Origin: Selaginella moellendorffii
Lineage: Eukaryota; Plantae; Lycopodiophyta
NCBI RefSeq assembly: GCF_000143415.4
Contig: NW_003314269.1
Coordinates: 1,991,544 to 2,055,543, forward strand
Direction of reading: 5' to 3'
Length of the DNA: 64,000 nucleotides
Within the stretch, counting starts at the first letter, position 1; every line of letters begins with the position of its first letter. This document shows positions 45,465-57,840 of this stretch, in pieces. Position numbers and translations under genes: made by a program. Under the pieces are notes generated by a model. The model was not told the origin of the DNA and did not search any database. It saw only the letters and a program-made list of their open reading frames with translations.

Positions 45465-47271
45465 ATGGGGTCGCTGTGTAGCAAAGGCCAACCAGTGGCA
45501 CAAGAGGAGGACGAAGAGCGGGTATTAGATACCATAGTATTTCCTTTGTAACGTGGGCTTTGTTTGACGTAGGAACGTGAATTAACCCGGCAGCTCAAGC
45601 AAGACGATCGAATCGAGAAAAACGTGTATAAGCTCCTCCTCCTCGGTATGTGTGGACTTCTGCTCTCTTTTGTAGACCAGGAAATAAGTTTTGGATCTCT
45701 CAGGTTCTGGGGAGTCGGGAAAATCAACCATATTTAAACAGGTTCGTACCATCTGCTAGTACGGCTTTTACCTGAGAACTTGAAAGTTTTCTTAGTTTCT
45801 TCTGCTCGTGCAGATTAAGTTGCTGTACAATACGGGATTTGATGTTGAAGAGCTGAAGAACTACACTCCTGTCATACACGCGAATGTGTATCAGGCAATT
45901 AAGGTAGCTAGCACTGTCCTGATTGATTGTTGGGCATTTTCTTCAAGATTTTTGATAGGAATCACTCGTGTAGATTCTCTACGAAGGATGCTTGGATCTG
46001 CAGAAGAAGGATGTTTCAGGAGAGTACATGATGAGGCGGGAAAACATGGTCTGCCTGATTACCTTACTCCAGTTTGGAATTTTATCTGAGTGTTCTAGGA
46101 GCATGGAAAGAGAATCGCGGAAATTGGTGATGGAGTGGATTACCATCCCATAGGTTTCCTAGAAAGTGATCTAATTGCACAGATTTGGAGTGATCCTGCA
46201 ATTCAGGTACAGTTTCTTATGCAATTTTTTTTTAAAAAAAAAAATTGGTTTTCTACAGGCAACTTATCGAAAAGCGAACGAATTGCAACTCCCTGACTGT
46301 ACAGAATATTTTCTTAGCGGCGTGGACAGGCTAGCAAAACCTGACTACATACCAACAGAGGCATGCGTTTCCATTTTCCACTTCTTGTTCTATTCTGAAG
46401 CGAGTGTTCATTCAGGAAGACATACTCCATGCTAGAGTGCGAACAACCGGAATTGCTGATGTAGTGTTCAAGTAAAGTCTCGAGAACATATGTTTGTTTG
46501 CTTGTTAGCTGAAATACTGGTTTTCAGGCACGACGGACACACCTATAGAGTCTTTGACGTGGGAGGCCAGAGAAACGAACGTAGAAAGTGGCTTCACTTG
46601 TTCGACGGGGTTAAGGCCGTCATCTTCTGCGCTGCATTGAGCGAGTGGGTACTTAAAATTCTACTGCCAAAGCAGTCTTTCACTGAATACAATTCGCAGA
46701 TATGATCAGAATCTCTTCGAAGATGAGGGGAAGAACCGGATGGTTGAAACGATGGAGCTTTTTGAGTCGGTCCTTCGGCATCCAAGTTTTGAGGTACTTG
46801 TCTAAAAGCGTTTTTGTGTTTTTGTTGCGTCATCTCCTCCTCTTTGCAGAAAACATCGTTTCTTGTATTTCTAAACAAATACGACATATTTCGGAAGAAA
46901 GTACTTTCGGTGAGTTCTAAGCTTTCACTGAAAGTAACTCAACCGAGGCCTTTACGCAGGTGCCCCTGAATGTTTGCGAGGTGTTTCGAGACTACAATGA
47001 AGTTCAAGGCGACCAAGAAAGGAAAATCTCTCACGCCCTTCAGTAAGCTTTACTTAACTGTTTTCTCGTTATGGATTTTTGAGACCCCGGCCGGCTTTCC
47101 AGATACATCAAAAACAAATTCGACGAGATTTACAAGCGGAACACCCCAGGGCTCGGAACACAGAGGCTGTGTTGGCTATTTGAGACAACAGCTCTGGACC
47201 CGCGCATAATGAAGTACACCTTTGAGCTCGTGGACAAGAACCTCGTCGTTTCGAGCATAAGCCTCTTGTGA
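45465..47271 (+). CDS. GPA1: Canonical heterotrimeric G-protein alpha subunit, about 14 short exons
   Basis: MGSLCS lipidation motif; G1 GSGESGKST; G2 HARVRTTG; G3 [12 protein letters not shown]; G4 FLNKYD; G5 TTALD. Confidence 0.95.
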
Positions 47272-48191
47272 GAATGAGTTCTACGCTGGGAAACCTTCGA
47301 TCTCAAGTGCAAACTTACAGACGACAAAGAGACAGCTCAAAAGAAGAGACTCGAGAAATGGACTTAACATCATATCTCAATGCCCATTCCGGGCATTTTG
47401 CGGTATCTTTTAAGACTGAAGACAATATGAGCATACATGCATATTTCCAGATTTCCGAATCTTTAGCGCACTCTTTTCCTTCATGGGAAATGTCGCAGCA
47501 GCGTGCGTAAGCCCGGAGCAAATTGGTGAGGAAATTTCCAAATGGTTGGCAGGGAACAATGGTATCAATCGGATGATATCAGCGATAACAACCTTTGGTC
47601 TATACCATACCTATTAAAGTCAACTTGTATTGAAAATTCCAAACGTCCATTTTCACCTGTACTTTGCTTAATTTTCTATTAATTCGTTCTTTTTCTACCT
47701 TTTCTCTTGGTTGGAAGAGAGGGCAACAAACACCACTACCTACCCAAAGACCATAGAATTAACACCCAAAATAAAACACGTTCACGAAAAGATGGCCGGC
47801 CACATTGCCAAAATCTCCCAACGAGAAGCTTCCCGGGTTGTTCGTCGGGCAGCCGTCGGATCCGGGCCACCGGGGCCGTCGGATGCTTCAACATTGACGG
47901 CAAGTGGCCAGTCCTTCGTCAAAGCCTCTTTACACTGGGCGGTCCTTCGCTCACACACGAACAAAACACTGTGGATTGGGATGTGTGATTTTGGATGCGT
48001 TGCAATGGATGCTCGGGGAATCCAGACGGTGGATGGCGCGTGGGGGGCGCTTATAGGGAAGCTGGAGGCGATCTGATCGGCGATTCTCGGCAGGATTGGC
48101 GTGCGCGGCAAGGAATATTGCGCGTTCTTGGATCGCAATTCGCGAGGTCTGTAGTGTTTCGAGAGGGGGATTGATCCAAGGGGGGAATTCT

Positions 48192-48320
48192 ATGCTCCAG
48201 AATTACTCGCCTGTAGCGCCGCGCTTGGATTTTCCTGTGGAGGTACAGGAGAATTCTTTGCTACATTTTTTCCTTTGATTTGGTGAAATTTTTCTCTTGG
48301 ATCGATTCCAGGGCCTGTGA
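48192..48320 (+). other. Spliced 19-codon upstream ORF ending directly before the bHLH start codon
   Basis: ATG at 48192, 17 codons to donor AG|GTAC at 48242/48243, acceptor CCAG| at 48311, then GGC CTG TGA (48312-48320) and ATG at 48321. Peptide MLQNYSPVAPRLDFPVEGL*. Confidence 0.55.
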
Positions 48321-50391
48321 ATGGCTGTTAAAAGGAAGGAAATGGGAGAGAAGTCGAGGATAACACTGAGACAAAGGCTACAAGCGGCAGTACAGAGTAT
48401 ACAATGGACTTATGCTGTTTTCTGGAAGCCATGTCCACCTCCACAAGGGTAAAGAAACTCTTTGTCCTTATGGCTAGACTATCACTCTTTTCTTATACCT
48501 TTTGTGGATCACGAACCTCATTGGGAAAGTTTGCATGATCACAGGGAGCTTGTTTGGTCGGATGGATACTACAACGGGAGTGTGAAAACGAGGAAGACGA
48601 TCATAGTTTCCAGAGAACGGAGCCCGGAAGAACACGGCCTACAGAGAAGTGACCAGCTGCGAGAACTGTTTGAGAACTTGTCAGCGTCCGGAGATGGTAG
48701 CCAGTCCTCGACAGCCACCCGGCGCCCGACTGCTGCCCTCTCGCCCGAAGACTTGACGGACACCGAGTGGTTCTACTTGGTTTGCATGTCGTGTACGTTT
48801 GATCCAGGCACCGGGTAAGAAAGAACTTTAGAAAGAAACCATAGCTTCTCTAGAGACTTACTTTAATTTTCTTTGTGTAGAATACCTGGACAAGCTTTCG
48901 CGAAAGGACGTCCTGTCTGGCTTTGCAAAGCTAATGAAGCGACTACCAAGGTTTTCTCGAGAGCCTTACTGGCAAAGGTACAAATACTTGTTGCTCATGA
49001 GAGGACACGCGCCTGACTTTGTCTTGTTTTCGTATCCAAATTGGAGGAGGCTCCAGACAGCGTGCATTCAGGTAAGAATAATTTCCAACGTCCTTGTCGT
49101 TTGTCAATCAAGTCCTGAACTGCTAGTTTGCAGACAGTTGTGTGCATTCCCCTGGCCGAGGGTGTTTTGGAGCTTGGCTCGACTGAGCTTGTAAGTTTGT
49201 CGTGCTCCTTTTGTTTTCTGTAATTAGGCGCTCAGAAGGATTTACGTTACAGGTCCGAGAGGATACGTCCATTGTACAACACGTTGTCAGCTTCTTCGTG
49301 GAGCTTGCAAAGCCAACTGTTTCGGAGCCGTCCATCTCGAGCTCTCAAAGCGGTGAGAATGGACACCAAGACCTTCGCCCCTCCTCACAGGATGGTCCTT
49401 CCAGCGAGCAGCCTAGGCAACGACAGAAAATGGAGAGATGCAGTGCTTTCCAGAGCTGGAAAGAGTTTCAAAGACAGGCTTCAATATCGTCGAGCCAAGT
49501 GAAAAGCCAATGCCAGGCAATGCTTAAAAACGTACTCTTCCGGGTTCCTCACATGTACACAGCAGCTGAAAAGTCGGAGGCTGCCAAAATGAACGACAGT
49601 GGAGGAGATAGTCAGTCCAAATCAGTGTCAAGAAAGGAGGACGATGTCAACACCGCTCACGCGATGCTGGAGCGCAGGAGAAGGGAGAAGCTCAACGACA
49701 GATTTTTGATGCTGCGAAACATGGTTCCTTTTGTCACCAAGGTAAGCTAATTCTTTTCTTCTGCTTGTACTTTCATTGCAAACGTGGAGGCTTTGCTTGT
49801 AGTGTAGATGGACAAGGTGTCGATCTTGGGAGACGCGATTGAGTACCTGAGGCAGCTGCAAAAGCAAGTCGCCGATCTCGAGCAACGGAACAAAGTTCTC
49901 GAGGCAAGGCTCAGAGGACAGGACGTACCTGTTGAAGCCGAGAAAGCTCAAAGCAGTCCTCCACAGGATCATCCGCAAGAGAAGCCAGCGCCGCAGGACA
50001 TGGCAGTGGACACGGAGCCAGAGGATAGCTTTCCAATGTCGACAACTTACAAGCTGGGACCGGACAGCTCCAGCTACAAAGCCGAGATCCAGATGCAAGA
50101 CGACTTCACAGCTCTCGAAATCGAGTGCTCCTTCCGGCAAGGAATCCTTCTGGACATCCTCGCGGCCCTGGACAAGCTCAACCTCGACGTCTCCACGGTC
50201 GAAGCACGGACACCCGACCAACGAACGTTTTGTGCCAGCCTCAAGGCAGAGGTGAGTTTGCAAGCTTTCAAAGTTTTTTCTTTTACCACGCCAATGGTTT
50301 CTCTCTTTTACAGGCGAAAGATTTGCCGAGAGCAAGCGAGCAAGATATAAGTGAAGCTCTCCAGAGAGTAACGCGGCCTCTGTCATCCTAG
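48321..50391 (+). CDS. bHLH subgroup IIIf transcription factor (R/B, TT8/GL3-like), multi-exon
   Basis: MYB-interacting region LQAAVQSIQWTYAVFW, WSDGYYNGSVKTRKT, ALSPEDLTDTEWFYL; bHLH HAMLERRRREKLNDRF..MDKVSILGDAIEYL; C-terminal ACT-like domain. Confidence 0.93.
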
Positions 50392-50433
50392 AAGTTTGTT
50401 ACTTCAATTGCTATGATTTTTCATCTTCGCAGA

Positions 50434-51517
50434 TCACGGCCCAGCGGTCAAACTGGGCAGAAAAGCATAGCTGCAAAACGGATTGTGCCAGTGATCCTTC
50501 TCCAGCGGGGAAGTTATCACAACCTCGCGATCGAGTTCTTCCGCCGCAACGCAGCAATCCCACGTCCTCCTCCCGATATGAAACGCAACCGGAGGCCACG
50601 CAAAGCAGCTCATGACGATCACATCGCCCAGCAGGAACCCGGAAGATCTCGCAAAGAACAGCTTTGGCCACCTCTTCCCATACAGATCTTCCGTCCAGGC
50701 CTCTGACACGAGCAGCCATCTCTCTCGATTCCCATCGAGCATCCACACGCCATAACCATGGCCGCCACTCGAGCTCTCCAGCGACGTCGCCAAGATCCTT
50801 GTAGGAGAACCCCTGGATGATCCGATCGGTGGGCGTGATCCCTCTCGCAGCCTTCCACCGCGTCCACCCCAGAAGCCTATGATCGTAGAACCCTTCGAAG
50901 TCCCCGACGCGCGCATAGCCGGGCGAGAAGTGGAGCTTCTGCTTCTCCGCTAGCTCGCGGCCGCCTAGGCACGCACCGTTCCGCCAGCGTCTCTCGCCCA
51001 AGCTGTACTGCAATGCGTGGCCGATGAATCCTTCGCTCCATCGCCCACGCACGATCGCCACCGAGTAAGCTCCCGTGTTCGCGTCCATCTCCAGGCTTTC
51101 TAGCTCCCACTCTAGCCAGGAGTATGTGGCGGCGGTGCCCGGCCCGGGGATGCGCTTCCACTTGTTCGTGATCGGATTCCCCAGGAAGAATCCATTGAAG
51201 GGCTTGAACCATAGGCAAGCGCACACCAGGCCGTGCGCGATGGAGAATTAGAGCCCGTTCTCGCCGGATTCATGCGGGAATGGCGAGTGCGAGAGCTTCA
51301 CCGGGCGAGACTTATGGGCGGAGAAAGGAGCCCAGATCCTCAATCTAGGCGCCGGATCGATGCTGCGAGTGATGAAGACCAGGGGGCTTCGATTCCTGGA
51401 CAGGATGCGCGCAACCAGATCGCACCAGGATTTGCAGGCCAGGCGCAGTGGGATGGCCCGATCGAGCCCAAGGCGCTCCAAAATCTGGAAGAAGGAATCC
51501 TCGTCCAGCCGCTCCAT
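50434..51517 (-). pseudogene. Intronless F-box (kelch/FBA-like) pseudogene
   Basis: F-box LDEDSFFQILERL..LACKSW. In-frame TAA at 51250-51248 (ENGL*FSIAHGLVC). The coding signal shifts frame near 50770 (GYGVWMLD...YAFLPSL). Confidence 0.75.
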
Positions 51518-51637
51518 GGTTTTAAAGTTTCGCGGGCAATATAAAATGTGCAAAACCTAACTTTACACCTTTAAGTTAAAATTTTTAAAAGAGGAGCCCA
51601 GCCCAGGAACCCTAAAATCTTAGAGGGTTTGCGAAGC

Positions 51638-54330
51638 ATGAGCAATGCCGATCTTGGAGCGCCTCCAGTGGAGGGACTGTCGGGCGGAGGGACTGGCTAC
51701 GGCTGGGGCGATTGCGGCATCGCCGTCTCTCGCCCTGGATCCGTGGACATCGCCAAGAATCCGGCGTCCGATCTCTTCAGCGTGTGGTGCATGCCGAGCA
51801 CGGCCACGGTGGGGCACCAGGAGCCCCCGCGGGCGCTAGATCAGGTCAGTGGATCGATTGAGCGCAGCAATTTGGTTCGATCGCAAAGAAAATTGGATCG
51901 CTGTGCTTGTTCGCAGTTAAATTTATTGATTGCGAGGAACGAGCGGGAGAGCGCTCAAATCGCTCTTCGCCCGAAAATCTCTTGGGCTTGCGGTGGTGCT
52001 GTCGGTCACGTTCAAGTACACTGCAGAGATTTTGTCTCGGTTTCTGGAGATCGGTGGGCTATCGAGCTACTTTCGTGTGGTGATTCTCAAGCGTTCTTCT
52101 AGGCTGGAGAGCGTTTCCTTGCGGCGAGTTGTTCCTATACTTGGAGTGCCTGATGCTCTTGTCCCGGTGAGCATGCCAACTTGTCAAGTTTCGCTTTTGC
52201 CTGGGTAAGTGAGGCTGCCAATTTTTCTCTCCTAGTTTTCTACTCTCCGTGGTTTGAATTAAACAGGGAAACATCTGCTCTGTGGTTGTCTGTGCATGTT
52301 CCGTCGTCGCAAACTCCAGGAGTGTACGAAGGCGAGATGACCTTTAGTGCCGCCAAGGCGGATGCAGAGTAATTCTCTCAATCTCATTGTTGGTCAGTAG
52401 CATGTTTGCGAATAGAAGTTTGCAACGAGTGTCTAATTCGCTCGTTCCTTTGTAGGTTCTTTGTTGACGAGGGCGAGAAGTTGGAGCTCAGGAAGATGGT
52501 TGAAACTGTGGCTGCTAAAATGGACGATACAAGACAGAATCCGGTATACAAGATCTCTCTTGAGCTGCTGTCCAAGTAATCGCCTTTGTCTAGATGGAAT
52601 TGCTTGAAGAAGTACGACAGGACTTGCGACACCTGCTTGACCACCCGGCGCTTGCGCATAATGGAAAGATGGAGATAGATGAAGAATCTCTTTCCCTGAA
52701 ACTGAAGATCAGTATCACGGTCTGGGACTTTGTTCTACCTGTTACGCCAACGCTTCCCGCGGTTTTTGGGGTACGTTTAGAACCTTTCTGGCTCAAGGCT
52801 TTACAGCTTGTATCTATTGCCAGGTCTCTGAAACTGTGATTGAAGACCGCTTTAATGTGGAGCATGGCAGTAGTGACTGGTATAATGCTTTAGATAGGCA
52901 TTACCAGTGGCTGCTGCAGTTCAGAATCAGCCCGTATTTTTGTAGATGGGGTGATAACATGCGTATACTAGCTTATACGTGTCCCTGGCCAGGTACTAGC
53001 GGGTTACGTCGTGTTTCACTTACGTTTTTTGTGTTGATTCTCCAGCTGACCATGTCAAGGCAGAGGAATACTATTCGGATCCAAGGCTTGCAGCCTATGC
53101 TGTTCCTTATGCTCCTGTTCTTTCCAAGTAAGCCTAACGATGTTTATGCCTTTTTGAGGTGCTAAGCTATGTGACAGCTCGAATGCAGTCAAGGATCTCG
53201 TGACAAGGGAGATCGAAATTCTAAGCACAAAAGAGCACTGGCGGAAGTCGTATTTTTATTTGTGGGACGAGGTATTGTAACGAATAACTGTGGGTTGACG
53301 TTTGTACTGGCCACTTTTTTGGCAGCCTTTGAGCTCGGACCAATACGATTTTATCCGAACAATGTCAGAAGAGATCAGGTCAATTGCGCCAAACACTCGA
53401 ATTTTAACGACTTATTATTCTGGTATTTGGTTTCCTAGTCTTCTACTGATTCGAGCATCTGTTTTACCAGGTCCAAGCGACGTGCAATATCCACCTGGGA
53501 GTTTTGAGGCGTTTATCAAAGTTCCATCGTTTCTACGGCCTCACACGCAAATATTTTGCACGAGGTAGCAATGTTTCACGTTTTACACATTAAAAAGATC
53601 CATGCTTTGTCTCGCAGTGAATGGGTGTTGGGAGGTCGCGAGGACCTTGTCAAAGAAATCGTAGCGGAACTGCAACCCGATCAACGCGAGGTAAAGTCTT
53701 GACTGCGTACTTGAGTTCAATAGAAACACTGTACTTGTCTTCAGGAATGGTGGACTTACGTTTGTATGGGGCCGTCTGATCCTCACCCAAACTGGCACCT
53801 TGGAATGCGAGGTACGCAACAACGTGGGGTTCTCTGGCGAGTGTGGAAAGAAGGAGGCTCGGGATTCCTCTACTGGGGTACGAATTGCTACGAGAAATCA
53901 CTCTGTCCTGCTGCTGAGGTTTGTAGATCATCATCTTTCAGTGCCTGACCATAACAAGTGTGCTTTTTCTTCCTCCAGATACGTTTCCGTCGAGGCTTGC
54001 CTCCCGGAGATGGCGTTTTGTTCTATCCCGGGGAAGTTTTCACCCCAGGCAGCAGTGAGCCGGTTTCTTCAGTACGCCTCGAAAGAGTTCTAAGTGGACT
54101 CCAGGTACAAAGTTCACGAAAGAAAAAAAGGAAACCAAGCTTCGTTTTTTTGATGGTGACAGGACTTGGAGTATCTCAATCTCTACGCTTCCTGCTTTGG
54201 GAAGCCGGCGTCCGTGGCGCTGCTGGAAAAGTGTGGCGTGTATCTGGGGCCCGAGCGATACACGCAGGATCACGCAGCCATCGACGCGATGAGAACCGAA
54301 ATCTATTGCTCATGCCGGAGTTCATCGTAA
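51638..54330 (+). CDS. DUF4091 / glycoside hydrolase family 123-like protein (At1g45150-like), multi-exon
   Basis: PPVEGLSGGGTGYGW, ARNERESAQIA, VWDFVLP, FRISPYFCRWG, YFYLWDEP, WWTYVCMGP, GFLYWG, GLPPGDGVLFYPG, RLERVLSGLQDLEY. Confidence 0.9.
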
Positions 54331-54513
54331 GATCATATCGGTAACCTCTCATAGTTTTCCCGCAAATCTGTTTCTTCGAGGGCCACTTGTGATTGTGAAG
54401 CGGCATCTCGTCTCCTCCGCTAGGATTTGTTTTTTGTCCCATTTTTTTGAATGAACCGTGCCTCTATTTTCTACTATCGCTTTAAGAATTTTTCTATTTT
54501 TCTTCCTTCGTCC

Positions 54514-56261
54514 ATGGCGAGGAGGCATTGGCTTGGCGCTGCTTGGCTTTGCCTCTTGGCGCTGGGCTTGCAAGAGCTTGGCATCGCGAAAGGCGAGCCA
54601 TCGGCCATCATCGTGTTTGGAGACTCCACTGTCGACACTGGCACCAATTTCTACTCGCCCGCCACGCCTTTCAACTTCCAGGCCAACCGCTACCCGTATG
54701 GCTTCAAGGGATTCCAGGGCCAGGCCACTGGGCGATTCACCGAAGGCCGAGTTATCATCGATTTCATCGGTGAGTTCGTTCTTTCCTCCAAAAAAAATTC
54801 GTTTGTTCCTCCCAAAGTTTTTCTTGTCTATAATCTTTCTTTCAAAGTTCTCAGCCTCATAGCGGCCATGGAGAAAAGCTCAAGCTACGATAGCATTTCT
54901 CCTTTTGCCTTTATAGACCCTTTTGCTTTTCGGGAAATGCTCCTCTTTTTACTCGTGAACTTCTCATGATCTTTTTTTTCTTTTTTTCTCATAGCCGAGT
55001 ACGCTGGCTTCCCTGTTGTGGAGTCATACGCGAAACCCGACGCGTCTCTAGCTCGAGGAGCCAACTTTGGATCCGGAGGAGCCGGTGCTCTTGATGACAC
55101 CAACGAAGGAATGGTAAGTGACTCCTTCCGTACACCTCCAGGATCATCCAAAGTTCTTCGCAGGTAACTCCGCTTAGCAAGCAGCTGGAGAACTTTGCGG
55201 ACTTCTGCGGCAACGTTTCCAAGGAGAGGAACCTGGTCGAGTACGAGGAGTTCCTCTCCAACGCCGTCTATCTCATCAGCATTGGCAGCAATGACTACTT
55301 GAGCGGCTACTTCAGCCATCCACACCTCCAGCAAGCTTTCACGCCGGAGCAATTCGTCACCATGGTTGTCTCCAATATCACCAAAGCGATCGAGGTAACC
55401 TCCAAGCTTTCATCACGCTCTCCAGTTTCTTTGGATACCACTATGGTTTCTTAACAGGTTCTCCACTCCAAGGGAGCTCGAAAGATCGTCATGTTTGGAG
55501 CTGGGCCTCTGGGATGCTTGCCACCTCTGCGGATCGTCAATGGCAGTGGTGGCTGCCACGAACCGGCCACTGCGCTGGGACAAGCTCACAACTACGCGCT
55601 CGGCCTCGCCATCCAGCGGTTGCGGCAAATCCATCCCGACTCCATCATTGTCCGCGCGCATTTCTACGATTTCTTCGAAGAACGGCAGAATAACTTTGGA
55701 GCTTACGGTACGTGATCGATGCTTTCTTAAGTTTTCTTTCTTGGACTTGGAAGTTTTTCTCGTTTCCTGTGTGTTTCTCGTTCGAAGTTGTTCGTGGTTT
55801 CCTTTCGTAGTTTTCTTGTTTTCGTATACTTGTTTTGCTTTCTCGCTCGAAGTTTTTTCGTGGTTTCGCTTAGTTTTCTTGTTTTCCTCTAGAGTTTTTC
55901 TATCTTAGAGTTCCTCTCGTTGCTTCTTAAACTCTTCCTCTCCTTTGCGAATCCAGGATTCAAGGAACCCGCACAAGCTTGCTGCGGAGCGGGGCCTTTC
56001 CACGGCCGTGGACACTGCGGGATCGAGAGCGTGGATCCGGAGCTGAGCTACGAGCTTTGCGAGGAGCCATCGTCCCACGTATGGTGGGATCCTTATCATC
56101 CCTCAGAGAGAGTTCACGAGCAGTACGCTCAAGCTCTGTGGCGCGGGAACGCGACGGTGATCGAGCCCGTCAATCTGGAGCAGCTCTTCCACTCCTCGTC
56201 ATCGAGTGGTCGCATGGAGAATCCAGGAACACCCTCTTTTGCGTTTCCAGAAATGATCTAG
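54514..56261 (+). CDS. GDSL esterase/lipase, secreted, multi-exon
   Basis: Signal peptide; FGDSTVDTG; TGRFTEGR; GANFGSGG; IGSNDY; GPLGCLP; ACCG; WWDPYHPSE. Confidence 0.95.
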
Positions 56262-56404
56262 CGAAGCTTTTTTCATTTCTTAGAGCTGCCAAAGTTTGTG
56301 CTCGTCTTAGATTTGATCTCTGTTGCGAGCACGGCATAAAGAGAAGCTTGGCATCTCTCATCTTCAAAGGTGTCTTTCAGAGATCTCCATTTGTCACGTC
56401 GTGG

Positions 56405-57393
56405 CTATGGTTTCGTATTGAAGTAGTGTTGCATGTGTGGACTGCTTCGAACTTCGCCAAAAGAGACCCAGTCTTTGTCCGCACTGCGCAAAACAAAGAA
56501 AAAGTGTCAACTTGGAAGGTTTTGATAGGAGAAGCTTACAGTGATTTTGTGAGGTCGCTCACAGTCTGGGGGGAGATGTCCCTGTCTCTTTTGGCCATAA
56601 AGAACAAAACCTTGAAGAAGAGAGGCACTGACATCTTACCACCTGTTTTGTGTCCAAAGACTTTGAAGAGCGCATCAATAACCGCTACGAAGCTCTGTTT
56701 TCACACAAAAAAAAAATCCATCCACACCATCAGATCCAGTGTAGCAAAAAGAGCACCATTCCCAACTCTTACAGAAAAAAAGAAAGAAGAAACTTAGAAA
56801 AGAGAACCTTTGCTGTTGTGGTGACGAGCAGCACGAGAATCTCCTTTGGATCGACGGGGTCGGATGGAAACTCGATAAGCTGGAAGACTTTGGAGAAGGC
56901 GGCCGAGGCAATGCCGTGAGAGGCGCAAATCTCGCGGAGAGTTTCGGGGTTCATGGATTCCGTGTCCTTGAGATCCACCCATACTGCTTGGAGCTAGGTA
57001 GCCACAAGAAAGAGAAAAACACATTCCAGCAAAGTCATGCATTGGAACATCAAAGAGAAAACGAGAACCAAACTCTAGAAAACCTCCTCGGAAGAAACGG
57101 GAAACCAAGAAGCGCCAACCAGGGAGAGGAGATCTCAATCGGGAGACTTGCAAGGAGTGGAAACTAAAGGAGAGAGAAAGCGCAAAGCTTACTTGGGCGA
57201 GCGTGGGAGGAGGCGCGGTGGCGTCCAATTTGGCGGTGGCGAGGAGGCGCTGGAAGTAAGTGCAGGCAAACTCGTGGAGGCAGGGCGGCTGCAATCGGAT
57301 GGCCTCCTTGGCGAAGCCCTTGAGAATGTCGGGGAGCGCGGGAGGGATCTGGATTTGCTCCACGCAGTAGATGGGGTCGTAGTCGAGATCCAT
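56405..57393 (-). CDS. RSP11: RIIa-domain radial spoke protein 11 / ropporin-1-like flagellar protein, 4 exons
   Basis: DPIYCVEQIQIPPALPDILKGFAKEAIRLQP..FACTYF parallels Chlamydomonas RSP11 as I recall it (EPIFCAEQIVIP..LADILKAYTKEVIR). The spliced remainder gives about 200 aa. Confidence 0.8.
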
Positions 57394-57446
57394 GCTGGTG
57401 GAAGTTAGAATTAGGGCAAAAACCGGGGCCCGCTTTGAATTTGCTC

Positions 57447-57719
57447 TTATTTTATACAATTGGAAAGGGTGATGCTGGCGCAAACACCGCGTGACGACTC
57501 TGGGACCTTCTCCATCAAGGCCTCCAAACGCATGTAAAAATATTTTTTGCTAGCAGGGCCAGCGATCTCCGCCCAGGAAGATGGGAAGCGATGGATCTCT
57601 GCATAACGGCGTATAAACCATGGATAATCAATAATCTCTTTCCAAGCCTTGCTAACAGCTCTAGCTTTCAGCAAAATCGGCATCGGGAGCCACAAAAGGA
57701 TATCGACGTTCCTTTCCAT
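57447..57719 (-). pseudogene. Truncated F-box-only ORF (90 aa)
   Basis: DILLWLPMPILLKARAVSKAWKEII..PWF is an F-box motif. The ORF stops 54 bp before the RSP11 ATG with no substrate-binding domain. Confidence 0.6.
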
Positions 57720-57840
57720 AGTCCGAGTTTTACATGACTTAATAGGCTTATGGTACAAAAAAGGTAAAACTATAATTTTCTTAAACATCTCTTTAAATGT
57801 GTCCAAGTTTAGCTTAATCACTGTAGCAACTAAAGATTGA

